The notes beneath the pieces were generated by a model. It saw only the letters and a program-made list of their open reading frames with translations. It ran no database searches and was not told where the DNA came from. Both the position numbers and the translations under genes were made by a program. DNA of 64,000 nt from Eledone cirrhosa (taxonomy: Eukaryota), in assembly GCA_964016885.1 (NCBI GenBank), contig OZ024740.1, positions 297,786,001 to 297,850,000 on the forward strand, read 5' to 3'. This document shows positions 60,690 to 64,000 of the stretch, one piece after another (position 1 is the first letter of the stretch; the number at the start of each line of letters is the position of its first letter).

Positions 60690-61260
60690 TTCATATCCAC
60701 ACAATACCCCTCCGACAGTAAACCTGCCAAAGTCAATGTCATTACCCAGTGCTGTTTAATGTAGAGTTCTGAGAAGAAGCTTGCTTCCAGCACATTCATG
60801 ACTGCTCTTAACACCAGACTCACCATTGTGACAAGACGTTTTAGGGATCCAAACATCCAAAATTGCATATACATACATATATATAAAATTCCTGGCAAAA
60901 GCAAGTGCATCCTTCAGTAGAGGCTCTGAGATAGAAAGAAACATAGTAGTTTTCTATATCCAGTTGCAGAAAACAGGTATTACATTTATCAGGCAATTCT
61001 TGAACAAAGAGATTGCCTCAGAGGTTCTGCTACAGGGTGGGAGAGGTGAGGCTGCACATTGCGATGGTAGCACTCTATCAAGGATTTTTTTACTGATAGA
61101 TCCAGTGTCTGAGCGTGTTGGGTTAATCAGTCTAACCGACAGTCTGTTAGGGAAATTTCCCTTGTGGTCTTTAAGGGTAAAGTGCGGAGTCTTTACTCTT
61201 TAATGGTTCAGTCCGGTCTTCTATTTTAAGGGACTTTGCAATCTCTTTACCAACTATATT
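60690..61260 (-). mobile_element. Decayed Penelope-like RT (N-terminal and core motifs)
   Basis: FTLKDHKGNFPNRLSVRLINPTRSDTGSISKKILDRV..FLQLDIENYY..ISEPLLKDALAFA..VTM..DIDFG. Confidence 0.72.
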
Positions 61261-61849
61261 GGTATCAATCAATGCCAACTTGTCCACATATATATATGAG
61301 TCCCGGGTTCGATCAGAGGTAACCATAGTAAGTAAGGTACTCAATACATTGGTAGAATATAAACATCAAATTTAGCAGTATCTACACTTGCAAGCAGGGA
61401 AAAGCAGACATAAAATGATGATGATGATGATGATAACACCTTGGCTCATTGGCTATGTTTGAAGCTGTAGTTGGATTGTTGAGTTACTGACAATAATCTC
61501 CATATATATTCCTCATGATAAGTTTAAAAGGTATTAATCCCTTCATGACTGAATTTCTAATCAAATCTATTCTATTCAAATAATTAATTTACTAATATTA
61601 TCAATAATTTCTGGTATGCCATGTCAGTTTTTAGAATAGGTACACTGTATCCTTCCATGTCGTAAGAGGTGACTAAAAGGATTTGTGACAGGAAGAGCAT
61701 CCAGTTGTAAAAAATTATCTCAAAACATCCTGTTTGACCCATGCAATCATGAAAAAGTGAACACAGAATGAAGATTACTAAGATAGTAACTTAACATATA
61801 GTTCATATATAATTACGTCGGAAGTTTTGTTGTGTATAATGTTTTTTAA

Positions 61850-62067
61850 TCCTTTAGCATTTAAGGCTGTATCCGGCCAGAATTCTCTCACCTCTTTCTG
61901 TTCTAACCAGCTGTAACCGGTTGACCATACTAACATTAAGGTATTGTTCTCAAAATAAATAACATCAAAATCTCGTAGATTCGATATTATGTGAGATAAT
62001 TATGTTAGATATTGCCTTTACCACAAAAATACAATAGTATATATAGAGTAATGTAAATGCTAAAGAG
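61850..62067 (+). mobile_element. piggyBac-like MITE (TTAA TSD) inserted in a MITE-T copy (~61830-62233)
   Basis: ttaa|tcctttagcattta...taaatgctaaagag|ttaa; flanks rejoin to tgtataatgttttttaatgtctaaaga as at 43095-43120; host ends acccgagagta. Confidence 0.88.
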
Positions 62068-64000
62068 TTAATGTCTAAAGAGAATTAATTATCACAGGAA
62101 TGCTACCTCTTAAAATAAAATTTCGCCGGAGACAAATTAGCAAAATTTAAATGGAATAAGAGCGGAGGCGTTGGAAAAAATCTGAATCTTTAATAATTGG
62201 GCTGTGGGGGTGATTATTCGAAACCCGAGAGTACATATATATTCCTTTCTGCTCTTACTTGAATAAAGAGTTTAACTAAAAAAAATCAGATCCTTTTCTC
62301 TTCTTTCCTTTTGGCATAAATATTTTCATTTTACACACACAGTTTACATTTTCATATATATTTGTTGTCCACTATGTGGCTTCTCTTTTCTCACATTTTT
62401 CATGAGTTAGACATCTTGTCATGTTCTCAGGCTAGACAGATCAAATGACTATGTCTTATTCATTTCCTTTTGGCATGGTTTCTATGACTGGATGCCCTTC
62501 CGAATACCAACCACTTTATGACATATACTAGGTTTGTTTTTTCATAAAAACTCCCCCAGACCACAGGGTGGTCTGGGTGAGTTTTTCGTAGCACCAGTAT
62601 GGGCTGGGTGTATTTTATTGTGTTACCAGAACTGCCTCTTTACAGAGTGGGCTGGGTGTATTTTATCATGACACTCTCATTTCCACTTTCCAGTGTGAGC
62701 AAAGGGCATTTTTTTTATTGTGGAACTGGAATCAGCATATATAATTTATTTTGGCTTATTGAGTTGAATGTTATTCAGGGATTTTCCCAATGATCACTCA
62801 TTTCTCTTGACATTATAAACTTCATCAGTTACCAAAACAAACAGAATCAAAACTTTATAACTGTCCAAAGAACTGAAAGGACTTAAGGAAATGCCAGAAT
62901 AACAGTCAAACGGATTAGCCAAAATAAATTATTACACCTTGCCATGGTATTGAGTACTTTTTTATCCTATTCATTAAAACTAATGGTATTAATGCAATCA
63001 TATTTCTCTCAAATCACACCTTATCATCCTTTTAAAAAAACACATTGGAAAAAGTAAACTGTGACTGAAAAATGGGATTATCCAGGCTGCCCTTCAACTA
63101 AACTACAACAGCAGCCATCTTAATCTGAAATCATTTCACTCTACTTATGTTGCTAATTAAAGTTTCTATTACTCTATACACCTACTATGCACCACCTTTC
63201 CCTCCATCACCCCTTCTATACACCTCCCATGTAATAACACCCCATCCACGCCCCTAGATCTACAGTGGAACAACCTGCTCATGAAAATAACATACAGATG
63301 GCTGAGTATTCCATTGACAGGGATATCCAGTGTGGTACAGTAAATGACAAAACTGACTCTTTGAATTGCTGGTACATCTCAATTTTATGAGCTCAATGGA
63401 CTGCTGTAGTGTGAAATAGTGCCTTGCTCAAGGACATAATGTGCCAGGAATTGAACTCACAATCTTGTGATTGTGAGCCAAACACCTTAATCCCTAAAGA
63501 CATGTTCCTTCATTCCTGGTATTTATGGGGTTTTTTTCTGACACATCAAACTTTCAACCCAACACATTGGCTCTCACACCACACACCCCGCCCAATAAAA
63601 ACTACTTCACTCACCACTCAACGACCTCAGTGACCTTCAAATGAAAAAATACTTTTGCCAAATCTTTATTTTAGTCAAATCTTCATTTCCATTTCCCACA
63701 ATAGATTTTCTCCTTATCCCTATTAATAGTCAAATTACCATCCATAAATACATGTGATATTCATCTAAATTTGTATCTTTTATCACCAAAAGTCTACGTT
63801 GTCAAGACAGATATATATGCACACAAACACATATACCACCTACTCTAACAATTGGAGCCTTTCAGTCTTGACCACTGTGATGGTAGGTGGCTAGATGAGA
63901 CAACCCTTTCATGGGGAATAAATCCCTAATCTGGGAAGCCACATGTTGCAACATGTTCTTCGATGGTAACCTGTTCTCCTAATAAATTTCCTATTAAAAA

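Overview
Eukaryotic, AT-rich and repeat-saturated DNA with no host gene I can identify confidently. The SINE/LINE complement and the kb-scale (TA)n arrays suggest a coleoid cephalopod such as Octopus; this is an inference. About 11 kb is interrupted (TA)n array, including a 200-N gap, and several more kb are trinucleotide or minisatellite DNA, so nearly all long ORFs in the track are artefacts. The real coding remnants are all transposon-derived: a stop-free CR1-type RT C-terminus, a Penelope RT plus GIY-YIG with one frameshift, a second Penelope lineage, RTE, Tx1/L1 and CRE-like fragments, and a decayed MULE transposase. Non-coding elements include many tRNA-SINEs and hAT-, piggyBac- and Tc1-type MITEs. 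The most notable observations are: (i) a young ~550-600 bp non-coding, bipartite RTE-derived retroelement, 4 copies, always in TA/TATG microsatellites, with a hairpin-rich head and a C2H2-finger remnant tail; (ii) an RTE insertion with twin-priming-type 5' inversion geometry; (iii) a minimal Penelope-type hammerhead ribozyme plus decayed relatives; (iv) nested insertions whose empty sites are visible in sibling copies; (v) long hairpins. All family assignments come from recognised motifs; no database search was run.
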